In this document: positions 61,431 through 64,000 of the stretch, one piece after another | Position numbering within the stretch: the first letter of the stretch is position 1 | How the letters are laid out: the number at the start of each line of letters is the position of its first letter | Origin: Narcine bancroftii | Taxonomy: Eukaryota | Assembly: GCF_036971445.1 (NCBI RefSeq) | Contig: NC_091473.1 | Coordinates: 181,784,001 to 181,848,000 of the forward strand | DNA: 64,000 nt | Direction of reading: 5' to 3' | Position numbers and translations under genes: made by a program | Notes under the pieces: model-generated | What the model saw: the letters and a program-made list of their open reading frames with translations, nothing else | Database searches by the model: none | Told to the model about the DNA's origin: nothing

Positions 61431-62350
61431 TCCTACAGTTTGTCAGTTACAGAGCTGTGAGATTTGATGAAGGCGAATTTCCATTCACCAGTCCTGACCC
61501 GGGACTGAGCATCTGATGTGGGGAACAACTGGGTTTCAGGATCAAGATGTGGAAGATTCCTGTGAAGGTAATATCCTGGGTACTGGGGAAGGACTCTTTC
61601 ATCCTGAGCTGCACTGCTCCTGCTCTGAACTGTAAGCCTTTACCCCCACTGCACTCCCCACAATCTCTCCTGTCCCCATAAGCAGATGTTTGCACTTGCA
61701 TCCTGCTGTTGTCTTGCAGTTCCTGCGCCAAGGTCCAGTGTGTCCAATTGCTCAAGGGTCTGATAGATGCTTCTCCCCAATCCCTCCTCCCCTGTCTGCT
61801 GCTCCACTGGCTGAGTTACTCCAGCTGGTTGCGTATGGCTCCAAACTCCTCCTTCTGTGTCTGATGGCTCTGTGCCACAAAGGTCTTGTCTGCTCGTGCA
61901 AACTCGCATGCACTCACATACACTGCCCTCACTGGGGGGGCAGGTCCCGCACACACTGGCCCTCACTGGGGGGTCGGATCCCACACACACTGACCCTCAC
62001 TGGAGGGGGGCAGGTCCCACACACATTGACCCTCACTGGAGTGGGGAAGGTTCCACACACACTCACCCTCACTGGGGGGGTCAGGTCCCACACACACTGA
62101 CCTTCACTGGGGGGTCGGGTCCCACACACACAGACCCTCACTGGAGGGGGGGCAAGTCCCACACATACTCACCCTCATTGGGGGGGGTCGGGTCCCATAC
62201 ACACTGACCCTCACTGGGGAACAGATCCCACACACTGACCCTCATTGGGGGACAGGTCCCACACACTGACCCTCACTGGGGAACAGATCCCACACACTGA
62301 CCCTGACCACAGCTGTATGATGCTCTGATGCCTGCATTTGTGTTTTTCAG

Positions 62351-62507
62351 GCTCCACGGACAGATCAAGGAACAAGCCCTTGCCTGCGGGAGGCAGCCGG
62401 GCCCCCCTGCATTTCCTGCCAGACCCTCAAGCCCGAGGCCTTCTGCACAGGACTCGTCCAAGCAGTGTAAACAGGGGTCCATGCTCCCAACGACCACCGG
62501 TGCAGAG
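62351..62507 (+). CDS. ARHGAP33: Candidate ARHGAP33 exon (157 nt)
   Basis: tttttcag| acceptor, GAG|gtaggg donor; open in two frames; the upstream join is unresolved. Confidence 0.45.
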
Positions 62508-62899
62508 GTAGGGACCATGGAATGATGAAATGCCCTGGCCTGTCCATAAAGTGGGTGGTGGGGGAGAGTGAGACATTGGGAGTCCTGCTGGGGGACATGT
62601 GTCAGAAAGAAATCAGTCCAGGAATGTGGGCAGATGGACTTTTTGTGAGGCCAGGCCAGACAGTCTTAACCCAAGATGGCAGGACACTCAGACGTCCCGC
62701 CAGGGGAGCGGTCAAACAGACATCTCCCCGCGAGGGAGTGTCAGACATCTCCAAGGGAGGAAGGGTCTGACAGGCAACTACCCAGGAATGTGGTTCAGAG
62801 ATGTGTCCTCCCTGGGTTACAGTTCTGGACCCTGGTTCAAGGGGCTGATGTCACGTGGTTCACCTCTGACTCTTATATCTTTTCATGATTTCTCAACAG

Positions 62900-63042
62900 G
62901 AACAGGAACGCTGGCAAGGGACGGAAAACTGGCACCGGGAGCTGGAAAAGCTTCTTCACCATTGGGAAGGCAGCCAGCGGTACAGCAAGGGATTCTCAAC
63001 CGGAGATGGGACGGTTGTTCCACGTGTCAGAAAGGGGAATGG
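62900..63042 (+). CDS. ARHGAP33: ARHGAP33 exon (NRNAGKGRKTGTGSWKSFFTIGK...)
   Basis: aacag| acceptor, |gtatgt donor; conserved SWKxFFxLG motif. Confidence 0.88.
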
Positions 63043-63051
63043 GTATGTCAG

Positions 63052-63900
63052 CTCCCACACCGTCCCATCACATTCTCCCGGGGTAAGACACAGAGTGAAG
63101 CTCCCTCTGCACCATGCCATCATACACTCCCGGGGACAGACACAGAGTGAAGTTCCCTCCACACCGTCCCATCGTACACTCCTGGGGTTAGACACAGAGT
63201 GAAGCTCCCTCTGCACTGTCCCATCTCACACTCCCGGGGTTAGACACAGAGTGAAGCTCCCTCCGCACCGTCCCATCTCACACTCCCGGGGTCAGACACA
63301 GTGTGAAACTCCTTCCACACCGTACTGTCACACAATCCCGGGGTCAGACACAGAGTGAAGCTCCCTCTGTACCGTCCCATCACATATCCCAGGGTCAGAC
63401 CCAGAGTGAAGCTCCCTCTGCACCGTCCCATCACACACTCCCAGGGTCAGACACAGAGTGAAGCTCCCTCCGCACTGTCTCATCTCACAGTCCCGGGGTC
63501 AGACACAGAGTGAAGCTTCCTCCGCTCCGTCCATCTCACACTCCCGAGGTCAGACACAGTGTGAAGCTCCCTCTGCACCGTCCCATCACACATTCCCGGG
63601 GTCAGACACAGAGTGAAGCTCCCTCCACAACGTCCCATCACACACTCCCGGGGTCAGACACAGAGTGAAGCTCCCTCTGCACCGTCCCATCACACACTCC
63701 TGGGGTCAGACACAGTGTGAAGCTCCCTCCACTCCGTCCCATTACACACTCCCGGGGTCAGACACAGAATGAAGCTCCCTGCACACCATGCCATCACACA
63801 CTCCTGGGGTCAGACACAGAGTGAAGCTCCCTCCCCACCGTCCCGTCACACACTCCCGGAGTCAGACACAGAGTGAAGCTCCCTCCGCACCGTCCCATCT
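63052..63900 (+). repeat. 52-bp satellite (ggggtcagacacagagtgaagctccctccgcaccgtcccatcacacactccc); short copies at 23900-24040 and 33700-33815
   Basis: About 16 tandem units. Confidence 0.93.
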
Positions 63901-64000
63901 CATGGTCCTGGACCACAGGCAACAGAAGGGATTTGATTCAAATGTGGCCCAAGCTGCATGTGACACCTGATCTTCGATCTCTGCGATTCCCTGCAGGATA

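Larger units (their letters stand above)
42235..63042 (+). other. ARHGAP33: ARHGAP33 gene span (PX, SH3, RhoGAP domains), 3'-incomplete
   Basis: Continuous frame over 16 exons from MV|ARSSD to 58058; motifs ADCAHFHYE, KRYTAQARDELSFEVGD, RVFGCDLGEHL, DGIYRLSG (arginine finger), LYFRELPNPLL, NLAIVWAPNLLR, KLLTLEEA, SWKSFF. The MVARS start, extra post-SH3 exon and PROSER3 adjacency favour ARHGAP33 over ARHGAP32. Confidence 0.93.

Noticed and set aside
42235-63042. Assignment as ARHGAP32
   Set aside because: Some residues are ARHGAP32-like, but the MVARS start, VGFFPSECV, the extra linker exon and PROSER3/LIN37 synteny point to ARHGAP33.

Overview
Eukaryotic vertebrate genomic DNA. The repeat content (CR1, Rex1, RTE and Penelope fragments, V-SINEs, a 52-bp 'gtcagacacagagtgaagctccc' satellite) suggests a cartilaginous fish, probably a ray (inference). 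I reconstructed three spliced genes by hand from GT-AG sites, phase continuity and recalled similarity to human proteins. LIN37 is on the minus strand, complete, with 9 coding exons and 248 aa. PROSER3 is on the plus strand with 11 internal exons; its first and last exons are unresolved. ARHGAP33 (PX-SH3-RhoGAP) is on the plus strand and runs off the right edge. LIN37 and PROSER3 share a head-to-head CpG-rich promoter. The most unusual structures are: (i) a ~460-bp inverted repeat enclosing a wrong-strand exon that fits as the missing PROSER3 terminal exon; (ii) a tandem duplication of a phase-0 PROSER3 exon with both copies open; (iii) nested, oppositely oriented minisatellite pairs bracketing ARHGAP33 exon blocks; (iv) a 37-bp variant-structured array next to a TATA-containing internal promoter; (v) a Penelope-type minimal hammerhead-like motif. 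Most long ORFs in the supplied track are repeat artefacts. No database searches were run; homology calls rest on recalled sequences.
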